IMG/VR virus record: IMGVR_UViG_3300027541_000218
Location: 9,824 to 73,823 of that record
Strand: one strand, 5' to 3'
Source: a virus
Length of the DNA: 64,000 bases
The notes under the pieces were generated by a model. It saw nothing but the letters and a program-made list of their open reading frames with translations, made no database searches and had not been told where the DNA came from. The position numbers and the translations under genes are program-made. This document shows positions 26,624 to 37,062 of this stretch, piece by piece; the stretch's first letter is position 1, and each line of letters starts with the position of its first letter.

Positions 26624-27140
26624 CAGTAATCACTTCTCCATCTTTTGCAATTGCAGATAGTCTTTGCATAATAAGATCTCTAATTTCTGGATGTTCAGAT
26701 GCAATGTCTCTTAATATATTCATTAAAACTTCTTGTCTCTTTTCAATCTCAACCATCTCTTCTGCAAGTTCTTTATTTTCTAACAATCCAGCCTTCTGCA
26801 ACATATCAATTCTTTTTGCCTCAATATCCATAACAAGTTTAATTGCTGTTGTTTTTGCATTAAGATTGGCTGTGGTGGTTGCATCTTCAATAACCTCATA
26901 AGCCTGCTGAATTAGTTTTGTATAGTGTGCGTCTGCACCAACCAAAGCATCTTTTGCACGAGCACGAATAGCATCATTAGCAGATGCCATAACTTTCCAC
27001 TCATTAAGAAGTTCAACAACTTTTGTTCGTGGCATAGTAAGTTGTTTAGCAATTTTTGTAGGATCATTACCCTTTAAATATTCAGTAACAACATTATTCA
27101 TTTCATCAAGATGTTTAACTAAATCTATTTCAGTTGACAT
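26604..27140 (-). CDS. Probable terminase small subunit
   Basis: N-terminal HTH, helical; directly upstream of terL. Confidence 0.6.
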   Translation of the reverse strand: MSTEIDLVKHLDEMNNVVTEYLKGNDPTKIAKQLTMPRTKVVELLNEWKVMASANDAIRARAKDALVGADAHYTKLIQQAYEVIEDATTTANLNAKTTAIKLVMDIEAKRIDMLQKAGLLENKELAEEMVEIEKRQEVLMNILRDIASEHPEIRDLIMQRLSAIAKDGEVITVVHNVQ

Positions 27141-27468
27141 TATCTTTTCCTTTAGCAATTTTAAGCAAGACTAGGTATCCAATAAGATCATCAATATCAT
27201 TGTCACCTGGATAATCTGTACCCTTCATAAGTCTATTTAGTTTATCATCAATACGGACATGAAGTTGCTCTCTTGGTCCTGCCTTTGAAAATATGCGAAC
27301 AGGATCCAGTGCTGAATTACCATAAGCAATATTCTTCTTAACAAGCATATGTGCAATTTCGTGGCAAGTTTCCCAAATTTCTTTACCCGCCTCTGTACCT
27401 ACGGTTAAAAGATATAGGTCTTCACACCTAAAATCTTCTACATCTGGAAATACTGGATTAAGACTCAT
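27130..27468 (-). CDS. DUF1599/nucleotide-modification-associated domain protein
   Basis: KKNIAYGNS, RIDDKLNRL, DLIGY. Confidence 0.7.
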   Translation of the reverse strand: MSLNPVFPDVEDFRCEDLYLLTVGTEAGKEIWETCHEIAHMLVKKNIAYGNSALDPVRIFSKAGPREQLHVRIDDKLNRLMKGTDYPGDNDIDDLIGYLVLLKIAKGKDNVN

Positions 27469-28228
27469 TGGTTCCCCCTACAACATTCTTTTTAATTTCT
27501 GTTAATATTGTATCAGCAAGGCGTGACTGCTTAAATTTATTGTATCGTTCGGCAAGTGGTTTAATTGGTCCAAACAAAACTTTATAAGCAATACAATGAT
27601 CTATATATCCCCATAAATCATCATTTAAATTAAACCTATGTAACCTAATTTCTTTGTCTGTATTAAATTTAACATAAACAAGTGGTTCATTTTCTTTTAA
27701 TTCAAAGGTACCTTTTTTATCCCACATTTGCATTTCCATAGTATATGGTCTAAACCACTGCCCAATATCAAACTCACCTGGAACTGGGGTACCATATTTA
27801 GTATATTCTGGCTTACTAAAAGTTGGATTTGTAAAGGTAGTAAGTAGTGGTTGGTCAGCAAATAAAACATAAGAAAGAGCAATCCTAATTAAAGGACCAG
27901 TAGTTATACTTGGTTCCCTATTAACAAATGAATGTAAAAATTCTTCTGTAAGAGGAGTAATAATATTATTGTTACCGCTAAAATCATATTCATATTTACA
28001 GTTAATTACATTTTTAAATACGTAGGTTTTTTTAAACAAATCTTTTGTTGCTGGACAAACTAAAAAAGAATCTGTTTTAGCAGCAAGATTTCTGCTTTTG
28101 GTTAAATCAGTATATAGATTAACTGGATCTGGATAAAGCATAGACCAGTCCTCTGGATTTTCAAATGTCTTTTTATATCCTGGCGCCCAGTAAACATTAA
28201 TTATATCTTTATCTTTTTTATTTTTCAT
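27458..28228 (-). CDS. Hypothetical protein, dUTPase-like fold (divergent paralog 3 of 3)
   Basis: CPATKD, PGEFDIGQWFRP, NEPLVYVKF. Confidence 0.5.
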   Translation of the reverse strand: MKNKKDKDIINVYWAPGYKKTFENPEDWSMLYPDPVNLYTDLTKSRNLAAKTDSFLVCPATKDLFKKTYVFKNVINCKYEYDFSGNNNIITPLTEEFLHSFVNREPSITTGPLIRIALSYVLFADQPLLTTFTNPTFSKPEYTKYGTPVPGEFDIGQWFRPYTMEMQMWDKKGTFELKENEPLVYVKFNTDKEIRLHRFNLNDDLWGYIDHCIAYKVLFGPIKPLAERYNKFKQSRLADTILTEIKKNVVGGTNES

Positions 28229-28380
28229 CGCTTTGACTTTCTTAATCCAAATTTAGCAAGGTACACATAGATGGTTTCCACGCTTACCCCACACTCCTTA
28301 GCAATATCTTCTGGAGATTTTTTATCTAAAGTATAACGCTTACGAAGCCAAATCTCATTTGTATATAGTTTACCAGCCAT
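28225..28380 (-). CDS. 51-aa HTH DNA-binding protein (not in ORF track)
   Basis: WLRKRY...SPEDIAKECGVSVETIYVYLAKFGL. Confidence 0.8.
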   Translation of the reverse strand: MAGKLYTNEIWLRKRYTLDKKSPEDIAKECGVSVETIYVYLAKFGLRKSKR

Positions 28381-28384
28381 GATG

Positions 28385-28975
28385 TTATTTGTCAACTCCT
28401 ATAGCCTTGTCCCAGTTATGGATAGCCCAATGTCCAATACCACAGGCATCTGCTACATCATTATCATCTATCGATCTATCATAGTTTATATTAATAAACT
28501 TAATAGTTCTTTGTTTACGAATACCACGTTCATATCCTTTATACCATGCTTGAGATTTTCCAGGATTTTGACTTCTAACAAGCAACTGTTCTTCTTTGGT
28601 TAATTTCTTATTGCCTATATAGTTTTGCCATGTTATAGGTGATACCTTGCCTATTACCTTTGTACCGCTTTGACCAGCAGCACCTAAGATAGCCCCTTGC
28701 ACTAAAGCAAGATCTGCAGCAGTCTTTGGACTATTCATAAACACTGTATGCTCAATTACGATTGCTTCAAAACCACCATAATAATCAAAAAATGCCTTAG
28801 TCTTTTGACCAGCGTCCATTACCTTTTCATAAATATTAGAACCTTCAAAATTAATTTTGCCTACTGTTCCTAAATCATTTTTAAATTTGCCTGAATCTGT
28901 AGTAAATAAAGCAAAGGCAAGACTATTGGTGCTGGCATCAATAGCACATAATACTTTTGGTTTAGTCTTGCTCAT
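28385..28975 (-). CDS. RuvC-like Holliday junction resolvase
   Basis: AIDAS, IVIEH, DVADACGI. Confidence 0.8.
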   Translation of the reverse strand: MSKTKPKVLCAIDASTNSLAFALFTTDSGKFKNDLGTVGKINFEGSNIYEKVMDAGQKTKAFFDYYGGFEAIVIEHTVFMNSPKTAADLALVQGAILGAAGQSGTKVIGKVSPITWQNYIGNKKLTKEEQLLVRSQNPGKSQAWYKGYERGIRKQRTIKFININYDRSIDDNDVADACGIGHWAIHNWDKAIGVDK

Positions 28976-29258
28976 AATCAAAATACCCCTTAAGTTCTTT
29001 TAACATTTTATCTACTGCTTTTTTACTAACATTACAGTTAGAGCAAAATCCAGAATCATTGTAGATAGAAAGTTTTACTCCACATCCACCAAGACACTTT
29101 CTATCTTTACCTTTTCGTTTTTGTCTGCGTGTTAATTGATATCTTTCAGCAATCTTTTCTTTTGTAGCCTCATCTCTACAAAATTCGCTGCAATATATCT
29201 GATAACTTACTTTTGGTTCAAAGTATGTATTACAGTCAAAACGACTACAAAGTTTCAC
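28962..29258 (-). CDS. Cys-rich zinc-finger protein
   Basis: Four Cys pairs. Confidence 0.7.
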   Translation of the reverse strand: MKLCSRFDCNTYFEPKVSYQIYCSEFCRDEATKEKIAERYQLTRRQKRKGKDRKCLGGCGVKLSIYNDSGFCSNCNVSKKAVDKMLKELKGYFDYEQD

Positions 29259-30033
29259 TCAATTCCTCCAGAGAAGCAATCTTTATTACTCCTGGTTCGG
29301 CTTTTGCACAGTCAGCCTGTAGCGGACAGTGCTTACAGATCTTAGCATTTGATCTATAATTTTTCATAGGAAGTTGCTTATCTTCCCAAGCCTTACGAAC
29401 TTGTCGCATCCATTCAAACGCATTGTCAATCCATTGAATGTAATTATCATTAATGTTTACTGGTATTGCTAACAACTCATGATTATTTTTATTTTCATAA
29501 ACAATAACACCCTTAGCCTTCTTAAGAACTTTCATATATATTAATGTTTGAATAATATGACCAGTCTTAGCCTTACCAGTTTTCTTACGATATTCAAATA
29601 CTTGTTCGTTGGTAGTCTTTACTTCAACTACAACCTCATCATCTTTCCAGTTAACTAGCCCATCAACCTTGCCATAGATTGGTGGATCTTCATGCTTTAG
29701 TTCAAACTCATAGTCAATAAGAATTCCTGAGTTTTTAAATGCTGTTCCCAAAATTCTTTCATGCGAGAGCGTACCATTATCCATATTTGCAACATCATAT
29801 GGACTAGCGTTATCTTCAAAGTTAGCCCCCTCAAATGCTAGATACCAGTATCTTGGACATTCTCCTTCACCATAGGCAATCTTTGAAGGGCTGAACATCT
29901 TCTTTTTTTGAAACTTAGTACCACGTTCTGATACATATCCGCTTTCTACAGTTTTGATAAAGTCTGCTGCACCAAATTCATCATTTTCTTCTGTAGGCTT
30001 AAGCATTATCTGCTTTAGTAAATTTTTAGTCAT
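29245..30033 (-). CDS. Cas4-like PD-(D/E)XK exonuclease
   Basis: ECPRY, GKVDG, VEVKT, Q...Y, CKHCPLQADC. Confidence 0.85.
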   Translation of the reverse strand: MTKNLLKQIMLKPTEENDEFGAADFIKTVESGYVSERGTKFQKKKMFSPSKIAYGEGECPRYWYLAFEGANFEDNASPYDVANMDNGTLSHERILGTAFKNSGILIDYEFELKHEDPPIYGKVDGLVNWKDDEVVVEVKTTNEQVFEYRKKTGKAKTGHIIQTLIYMKVLKKAKGVIVYENKNNHELLAIPVNINDNYIQWIDNAFEWMRQVRKAWEDKQLPMKNYRSNAKICKHCPLQADCAKAEPGVIKIASLEELSETL

Positions 30034-30067
30034 TTGTCCGTTTTATCCTTTTTATCTATTATATCAG

Positions 30068-30385
30068 TTATCGCATTATGTACTTAAGCGCTGAAACTAA
30101 ATTGTTGATTGCCTCTGCTGCAGTATAGTAAATATTTTTCTTTGATCTATCACTTTTATCAACATTGGTTAACCATGTTGCTTTAAATGACATTTTGGCT
30201 GCTATAGCCTGTAATCTTACAATTTCAAGACTTGCTACTTGTGGAGGAATATCTGGTTTAATAATTAACTTAGCAATCATTGTAAGTGCTGTAGTCAATT
30301 CCTCATCTTTCATAAATTCTGCAATCTCAGATAGCCCATTGACCATCTCAAGCGTTGTCTGTTGTGGCTGTGCTTGTTCCGCCAT
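30068..30385 (-). CDS. Hypothetical protein
   Basis: ORF with GGAGG SD. Confidence 0.7.
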   Translation of the reverse strand: MAEQAQPQQTTLEMVNGLSEIAEFMKDEELTTALTMIAKLIIKPDIPPQVASLEIVRLQAIAAKMSFKATWLTNVDKSDRSKKNIYYTAAEAINNLVSALKYIMR

Positions 30386-30677
30386 GATTTGCCTCCCATG
30401 TTAATTGATCTAATAAGTCAAACTCTATAATTGCTAAACGAGTCTTTTTATTACCTTCACCAAGTATTACTACAATAGCAGGAGATTTATCTGTGCCAGA
30501 TTTTATAGAATCTGTTACAGCCTTAGCCCAAACATCTTGATTCAATGTAAATGATTTAGCAGACTCTTTAAAATCAACCACAAAGTCTCTCCAGGTAGCA
30601 TCACCTTTTTGAGTATTTCTACCTGAATTTTTGTGCTGTTTGGCACCTATTCTTTTACTCTCGTTCTTTTCGCTCAT
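30348..30677 (-). CDS. Small PD-(D/E)XK resolvase-like protein
   Basis: NSGR, KGDA, VVDFKE. Confidence 0.65.
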   Translation of the reverse strand: MSEKNESKRIGAKQHKNSGRNTQKGDATWRDFVVDFKESAKSFTLNQDVWAKAVTDSIKSGTDKSPAIVVILGEGNKKTRLAIIEFDLLDQLTWEANHGGTSTATTDNA

Positions 30678-30849
30678 AATCCTTTTTTGTTTTCTTTTGT
30701 GGTATTAAATTAACTTTTGATAAATGCTTTTTACTACACATCCAAGTTGCATCCCCTGTTTCAATCCATAGTCTTAAAGAAGTGGCTTCTTCTCCACATT
30801 CCTTACATGGAAACTTGCCAGAGTAAGTAGAGAATCTACTATCCGCCAT
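30655..30849 (-). CDS. Small zinc-binding protein
   Basis: CKEC...CSKKH. Confidence 0.65.
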   Translation of the reverse strand: MADSRFSTYSGKFPCKECGEEATSLRLWIETGDATWMCSKKHLSKVNLIPQKKTKKDYERKERE

Positions 30850-31858
30850 TAGATAATTTGGTCTTTAAAGTTTCTTGCAAGTCCAAATCCTCTCTTACTC
30901 TATTGATAAATCCTTCACGACCCTGTACCTTTGTGCCATCTTCTAATTGATACCATGCTCCAGTTCTTGTAACAAGACCTGCTAATTCTGCAGTATCAAC
31001 AAGATCACCAATAGAATCAATACCTACTTGGTCTCCTCTAAAATAAAAATCATATTCACCTGATTGAAATGCTGGAGAAGTTTTAGAGAACTGTAGTTCC
31101 CATCTAACCTTTCTACCAATCTTTTCTTCAATTAACTTATCGCCAACATGGATCTTACCTTTGATAGCCTGATTATCTGACTCAGATGAAAATAATTTAA
31201 TAACTGTAGATGAATAAAATTTAGTAGCCTGACCACCAGTAGGTTGCTGACTGGTGTACATAGCACTAATATTATTACGAGATTGGCTGATAAGAACAAG
31301 CATAGTTGGCTTAACTTTGTTATTTGCATAATTAAGCATTTTCCAAGCATTGCTAAAATCTCTAGACTCTGCACCAATCTGCTTTGTATTTTCTAATTGT
31401 TTAAGTTCATCTGAATCTTTTTCAAAATAAATTGCTGGCAATAGGGATGTAATTGAGTCTACTACAATCATGTCTACCCCTGCTTCCATTAGATTTACCC
31501 CAACATCTACCATCTCATTAATAGTACGAGCCTTTGATACTATAAGTTTACTTGTATCAACCCCCATATGCTCTGCCCATTTTTTATCGTATGACATTTC
31601 TGCATCAATCCAAGCACATACTTTTCCTTCTTTTTGTGCTAGTCCAATCATCTGAAGACATAAAGATGATTTAGCAGATGACTTAGAACCCCATATAAGT
31701 ACCTGACGACCATATGGAAGTCCACCATTTAGTGCACGGTTTAATCCAAAACTTGGGGTAGCAGCATATTCAGTATCTGGAACAGAATCTCCAGACATAA
31801 TTGCTTTACGTAGTTTTGGATCTAGTTGAGATAAAACATCTTCAATTGTCATTGTCAT
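30839..31858 (-). CDS. recA: RecA-like recombinase
   Basis: GGLPYGR, WIDAE, IVVDSI, PTGGQATKFYSS, TGAWY. Confidence 0.92.
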   Translation of the reverse strand: MTMTIEDVLSQLDPKLRKAIMSGDSVPDTEYAATPSFGLNRALNGGLPYGRQVLIWGSKSSAKSSLCLQMIGLAQKEGKVCAWIDAEMSYDKKWAEHMGVDTSKLIVSKARTINEMVDVGVNLMEAGVDMIVVDSITSLLPAIYFEKDSDELKQLENTKQIGAESRDFSNAWKMLNYANNKVKPTMLVLISQSRNNISAMYTSQQPTGGQATKFYSSTVIKLFSSESDNQAIKGKIHVGDKLIEEKIGRKVRWELQFSKTSPAFQSGEYDFYFRGDQVGIDSIGDLVDTAELAGLVTRTGAWYQLEDGTKVQGREGFINRVREDLDLQETLKTKLSNGG

Positions 31859-32175
31859 TAGAATCTTACCCCATGCTTCTTTGGTCTATGAGAGTTTTTT
31901 TCCATCTTTTCTTTTACAGCATAATCAAGAGATTTTACAACATATCCTGCTTTTGCAATACCAGCATAAAGATCAAGTGTACGAATAATAATATCTGCAA
32001 ACTCGTCTGATATTTCATCTGGATGCATATCTTTACGAAGTGCTTCCATAGCCTCAGATACTTCTGAGACAATCATCATCATCTGCTTTGCTATAAATAT
32101 AGGGTCTACAGTCTTATCCCAAAATCCTTTATCTACCGCATTTTTATGTATTTCTTCTGCTATTTCATCAAACAT
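31858..32175 (-). CDS. MazG-like nucleotide pyrophosphohydrolase
   Basis: SEVSEAMEA, DEFADIIIR, KMEKN. Confidence 0.85.
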   Translation of the reverse strand: MFDEIAEEIHKNAVDKGFWDKTVDPIFIAKQMMMIVSEVSEAMEALRKDMHPDEISDEFADIIIRTLDLYAGIAKAGYVVKSLDYAVKEKMEKNSHRPKKHGVRF

Positions 32176-35100
32176 TTACTACATCCTCCATTATCACTGT
32201 TCCATCTTTTGTTTTACCAAATTTAAATTTATATATGTTGCCTGCTTCAATATTCATATATGCTCTAGCAAAAGCGGTTGGAAACACAGTTACAGCATGT
32301 AGTTCTCTGCCAGCATCTGCTAATGTAAGAGATGCCATCTTTTTGCCAGTTTTTGTTACTCTAGGTTTAAAAGATACTACAAACATTTCATCATCTTTAA
32401 ATGGAAGCATTTTATAATTTAAAAACTTAATAAATGCATCTTTAGAATCTTTTATTTCATCAGCAGGAACTGCAGATACAATCCTGTTATCATTTGCAAG
32501 AATAATATAAGTACGACCAGCCTCAATAGAGGTATTTTCTTCATCAAATATACCCACGCTTCCTGTCTTATCTAGCAACTCTACCCTTGACCATCCTTTT
32601 GATCTCTTAATTGATTTTACCATACCCATCAAAATGAATGCGCCCTTTTCTTCATATTCTTCAATATCATTTATATATGCATAATAATGTTGTGGTACTG
32701 GCATATTAAATTCAGGGAGGTTAAGATACTCATATAAGTTTTCTTTAACCTTTTCTGCATCTGCTGGATTATCTGGGAATGTAAGTGCGCCAATAGCATT
32801 CATTGCTTGTAGTGCACGAGAATTTACTCCATTGCCTTTAGTAAATGTAAACTCTTCTACTTCTTTGAAAGAAGCAAATGGTCTAGCAGCAATATAACGA
32901 TCAGCAATGGTATCAGAAATAAACTTAATAGCGGAGAGTCCAAACCTGATGCCTTTACCTTCAATTTTAAAATCTTTATCCGAATCATTAATATGAGGCA
33001 ATTTAATTGGAATGCCCATTCTTTTCGCTTCAATCAAATACTCCGTTCTAGTATCTTTATCTTTTTCATTCTTAAGAAGAGCAAACATAAACTCTAGCGG
33101 ATAGTGGTATTTGAGCCACGCCGTCCAATACGAGAGAGTACTGTAAGCAACGGCATGTGATTTGTTAAATGAGTAACCCGCATGAGCCTCAAAGTCATGC
33201 CATAGATCAAGCGCATCATTAGGAGCAATATACTGAGAGGCACCCTTAATAAACTTGTCTTTGAATACATCAAACTCTTTAGCATCTTTTTTCTTTCCAA
33301 TGATTTTTCTAACTTTATCTGCTTCCGACATGGACATACCGCCAAGGTGTACGCATGTTTGCATAACTTGTTCCTGGTAAAGAACGCAACCATAAGTGTC
33401 CTCCGTAAATGGTTTCATGATTTGGTGCTTATAATTAATATTTTGACGACCATGCTTACGAGCAATATAGTCTTTACCAATTGTATTCATAGCACCAGGA
33501 CGAACTAGAGCATTTGATGCAGCCAATTCATCAAGATTTTTTACCCCCATTTTAACAAGCAAGTTAGTATATGGGGTTGCTTCACATTGAAATACACCTT
33601 TAGTATATCCATCTGAAAGCATTTGATAAACATTTTTGTCTTTCATATCAATACTTAATAGATCAATTTTTTTATCATGTCTTTGTTCAATAATGTCTAA
33701 TGTGTCTTTAAGAACGCTCAAAGTCTTTAAACCAAGAGCATCAATTTTAATTAGACCAATCTTCTCAGCCTCTTCCATATCGACTGCAACAACTGGAATC
33801 CTATCGTCACTTCCAGTAGAACTGCGAGTCTCCATCGGCGCATACCTAAAGATTGGATCTTTACTAGTAACAACTCCTGCAGCGTGAATACCAGTACCCC
33901 TAATTCGACCACGTAACTGTTCTCCATAAATTTCTACCTCTGGATATTTCTCTCTGAACCAAGCAGAGTTTTTAGAAGTACAGTAGTCATCCCATGTATC
34001 TACTGTCTTCAATACTTTATTCACATCTGGCAATGGTATATTTAACGCTCTTGCAACATCTCTAACAACACCCTTGTCTTTAAATTGTAAGAATGTAGCA
34101 ATAGAAGCAACATGTCTATATTGTCTTACTAAATAATCTTTTACTTCATCACGACGAGAATCTTGAATATCTGTATCAATATCAGGAAAATCATTACGCT
34201 CAGGATTAATAAAGCGAAAGAACAAAAGTCCATGCTCAATTGGATCAATATCAGTAATACCTAAAGTATAACAAAGAAGTGAGCCTGCGGATGATCCACG
34301 ACCTGGACCAACCATAATTCCTTCTTTCTTTGCCCAGTTAAGCATGTTACGAACAACTAGAAAATATGGTGCAAACTTTTTATCACGAATAATTTCTAAC
34401 TCTTCCATTAATCTATTATCATATATGTCATTACCAAGCCAATTAGAGTTTAGCCTTTTTTCTTCTAATCCTGCAAATGCTAAGTTTGCTAACTCTTGGT
34501 CTGGATTTCTATATTGAACTGGAAGCAGATTCATGCCAGACTTAATATCGTATTCTTCAACTTTGTTTGCAATCTCTATAGTATGATCATAAATATCAGT
34601 GCGTGTAATACCGTGAGATTCCATGGCACTTTTCATTTCGTCAAATGATAAAAGATGAATATCAAACGATCTAAATGACATTTGTCTATCTGCACCATAA
34701 AGGTAATCTAATCTATCCATCATATCTTTATGCTTTTTAGATTTATCATATGTTGCGTCTTTTTGTAATTTAGCATGGGTATTTAAAATTAGCATCATTT
34801 CTTGAATAACCTTTTGGTCTTCATTAGAATGGTGGCAGTCTGGCGTTACTACAAGTTTTACATTAAGAGAATCTGCAATATCACAAATAGTTTTATTTAC
34901 CTCTGGAGGATTATGTGGCATAATTTCTACATAATAATCATCGCCAAACTCATCAGCAAACCACTGTATATACTTCTTTGCTACTGCTAGTTCTCCAAGT
35001 TCTACCGCTTTTGCTACCCAACCACTCAGACATGCTGATGTAACAATTAAACCTTCTTTATATTTTTTTAATGTGTCAAAATCAAATCTTGGCTTGCTAA

Positions 35101-35458
35101 AAAATCCTTCAGTCCAAGCAATTTCATTAATTTTATTTAAGTTGTCTAGACCAACTTGATTCTTAGCAAGAAGGACTATATGATGATAATTTTGATCAAG
35201 AGGATCAGTACGATCTGCCTTTGCTCTCTTATCAGCCATATCTGTAGTCATATAGCCTTCTACGCCAAGTATTGGCTTAATACCCTTTGCTTTTGCAATA
35301 CGGTGCAGTTCCCTATGCCCAGATAAAGTACCGTGATCTGTGATTGCCAATGCAGGCATTCCCAGTTCAACTGCACGGTTCACGTATTCTTCTGGAGTAG
35401 CAACACCATCCATTAAGGAATAGTGTGTATGGACATGTAAGCCAACGTAGTTCATCAA
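32168..35458 (-). CDS. dnaE: DNA polymerase III alpha subunit
   Basis: PHP motifs HVHTHYS and TDHG; GRGSSAGS, PDIDTD, HAAGVV, YSFNKSHA. Confidence 0.97.
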   Translation of the reverse strand: MMNYVGLHVHTHYSLMDGVATPEEYVNRAVELGMPALAITDHGTLSGHRELHRIAKAKGIKPILGVEGYMTTDMADKRAKADRTDPLDQNYHHIVLLAKNQVGLDNLNKINEIAWTEGFFSKPRFDFDTLKKYKEGLIVTSACLSGWVAKAVELGELAVAKKYIQWFADEFGDDYYVEIMPHNPPEVNKTICDIADSLNVKLVVTPDCHHSNEDQKVIQEMMLILNTHAKLQKDATYDKSKKHKDMMDRLDYLYGADRQMSFRSFDIHLLSFDEMKSAMESHGITRTDIYDHTIEIANKVEEYDIKSGMNLLPVQYRNPDQELANLAFAGLEEKRLNSNWLGNDIYDNRLMEELEIIRDKKFAPYFLVVRNMLNWAKKEGIMVGPGRGSSAGSLLCYTLGITDIDPIEHGLLFFRFINPERNDFPDIDTDIQDSRRDEVKDYLVRQYRHVASIATFLQFKDKGVVRDVARALNIPLPDVNKVLKTVDTWDDYCTSKNSAWFREKYPEVEIYGEQLRGRIRGTGIHAAGVVTSKDPIFRYAPMETRSSTGSDDRIPVVAVDMEEAEKIGLIKIDALGLKTLSVLKDTLDIIEQRHDKKIDLLSIDMKDKNVYQMLSDGYTKGVFQCEATPYTNLLVKMGVKNLDELAASNALVRPGAMNTIGKDYIARKHGRQNINYKHQIMKPFTEDTYGCVLYQEQVMQTCVHLGGMSMSEADKVRKIIGKKKDAKEFDVFKDKFIKGASQYIAPNDALDLWHDFEAHAGYSFNKSHAVAYSTLSYWTAWLKYHYPLEFMFALLKNEKDKDTRTEYLIEAKRMGIPIKLPHINDSDKDFKIEGKGIRFGLSAIKFISDTIADRYIAARPFASFKEVEEFTFTKGNGVNSRALQAMNAIGALTFPDNPADAEKVKENLYEYLNLPEFNMPVPQHYYAYINDIEEYEEKGAFILMGMVKSIKRSKGWSRVELLDKTGSVGIFDEENTSIEAGRTYIILANDNRIVSAVPADEIKDSKDAFIKFLNYKMLPFKDDEMFVVSFKPRVTKTGKKMASLTLADAGRELHAVTVFPTAFARAYMNIEAGNIYKFKFGKTKDGTVIMEDVVNV

Positions 35459-36112
35459 TTACCAGTCAATATTAGTTGCTGTTACTGATGGAGTGTCAAA
35501 CCCAAAGTAGAATGCTTCTTGCTCTGGATATGGAACTTCACGAACTACCTTTTCTAGATTAAAGAACTCACGACCATCCCACTTGAATGGTTCTGAGTCT
35601 GGAGTGCTTGGAATAAGTGTGTAATTAGTTTCAGTTCCCTGACCATTACGCTTTAGTTTCCAAGTCAAATTTGAGATGCTTCCTGTTTCAAGTGCATACT
35701 CACGAATTGTATTAAATGCAGATTGCTTGCTGATACCTTGTGACCATACTGCAATGTATGGATCTTCTGTGCCATCATCAACTAGTACATTTGTATAGAA
35801 GCGAAGACGTGCTCTCCAACCACTCTTTGGTTCTTTACGAGCCATCTCACAGCCAAAGCAACGACCTTCTGATTCTTGAGTACAAGCAGCCTTACGCTTG
35901 TAGTCTTTTGGATTAGTATGTTCAGAAACAACTACAGCCATACCACGATCTTCATTATAGTTTGCTGAGTCAGAATCTAATTCGTTAACAAAACGAATCT
36001 TTGCTGCTTGTCCATCTGCTAGTTTAACCCAGCGGACTTTTGTTCCTGTGCTTTCGTATTTTGGTTTTTCGACTAGGGCGTTAATATTTTTTAGTCCCTT
36101 TACAATAGTCAT
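35459..36112 (-). CDS. Single-stranded DNA-binding protein (gp32-like)
   Basis: H...C...CFGC zinc site, KRNGQGTETNY; located between primase and polymerase. Confidence 0.7.
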   Translation of the reverse strand: MTIVKGLKNINALVEKPKYESTGTKVRWVKLADGQAAKIRFVNELDSDSANYNEDRGMAVVVSEHTNPKDYKRKAACTQESEGRCFGCEMARKEPKSGWRARLRFYTNVLVDDGTEDPYIAVWSQGISKQSAFNTIREYALETGSISNLTWKLKRNGQGTETNYTLIPSTPDSEPFKWDGREFFNLEKVVREVPYPEQEAFYFGFDTPSVTATNIDW

Positions 36113-36138
36113 ATTTTCTCCTTATATATAAGTTTTAT

Positions 36139-37062
36139 CTATTTTAGCATAGCATCAATAACATTGTCAAATGAAAGTTTTAGTTGCCTAATTTCATCAT
36201 CTGTCATATCACCAATGTCTTTATATTTTTTATCAGGTCGGATAACTGTAACTAAGTTTCCTAATTTTTCAATTAGTCTATCAGCCATAATTGATCCAGC
36301 CTCATCGTTGTCTGCTACAAGTACAATACTATTAAAGTATTTTTTCAAAAGTCCCATCTGGCTTGATGAAACATTTGCCCCTAGGGTAGCAACCGCAGGG
36401 AAACCTACTTGATCTAATCGAATTGCATCAAAAGATGATTCAACAACATAGATAGTCTTTGATGCTTTTACTCTATGCAAATTAAAAAGTATTTTACTCT
36501 TAGGTAAGCCTGGTGTATTTTTAAACTCTTTACCCTCAATAGTTCTAGCAACAAATCCAATAGTCATACCTTCTGGAGACTGCATTGGAATTACCACTGA
36601 ATCTTGTTTTTCTGAATATCCTAAATCAAACTTGGTAACAGAATCTTTTGTAATTCTTCTACCTTCAAAATATGTCATTGCCCTAGGAGATTCTAGTGCC
36701 TGCTTATTCAATCTTTTAATCAATAATTCATCATATTGAACAAAGTCAGGTGCTGCATATAAAGTTTTATTAACAAGAGATTCAATATCTGTTTCTACTT
36801 CTTTGCTTTTAATATATCTAACAGATTCAAAATATGTTCTACCTGTCATATGCATAATTAATTCTATAAGGTTCTTAGTAGTTTGACAGCCAAAACAAAA
36901 GAATAGCCCAGAGTCTTTAGAAACTTCTCCAGCAGGAGTTCTATTATTGTTATGGTATGGACAAAATATAATATAGTCAGTGCCGTATTCTGCCTCTATA
37001 TCTATTCCTGCGCCTGTTAGTACTCTATGTATCTGTTGTGTTGTATATATCTCTTTAAGCAT
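36139..37062 (-). CDS. DNA primase (zinc finger + TOPRIM)
   Basis: CPYH...CFGC, VVESSFD, DNDEAG, KDIGD. Confidence 0.9.
   Translation of the reverse strand: MLKEIYTTQQIHRVLTGAGIDIEAEYGTDYIIFCPYHNNNRTPAGEVSKDSGLFFCFGCQTTKNLIELIMHMTGRTYFESVRYIKSKEVETDIESLVNKTLYAAPDFVQYDELLIKRLNKQALESPRAMTYFEGRRITKDSVTKFDLGYSEKQDSVVIPMQSPEGMTIGFVARTIEGKEFKNTPGLPKSKILFNLHRVKASKTIYVVESSFDAIRLDQVGFPAVATLGANVSSSQMGLLKKYFNSIVLVADNDEAGSIMADRLIEKLGNLVTVIRPDKKYKDIGDMTDDEIRQLKLSFDNVIDAMLK

Noticed and set aside
29245-30033. Cas4-like gene as a sign of CRISPR
   Set aside because: No repeat-spacer array or other cas genes seen; solo Cas4-like nucleases are common in phage replication modules.
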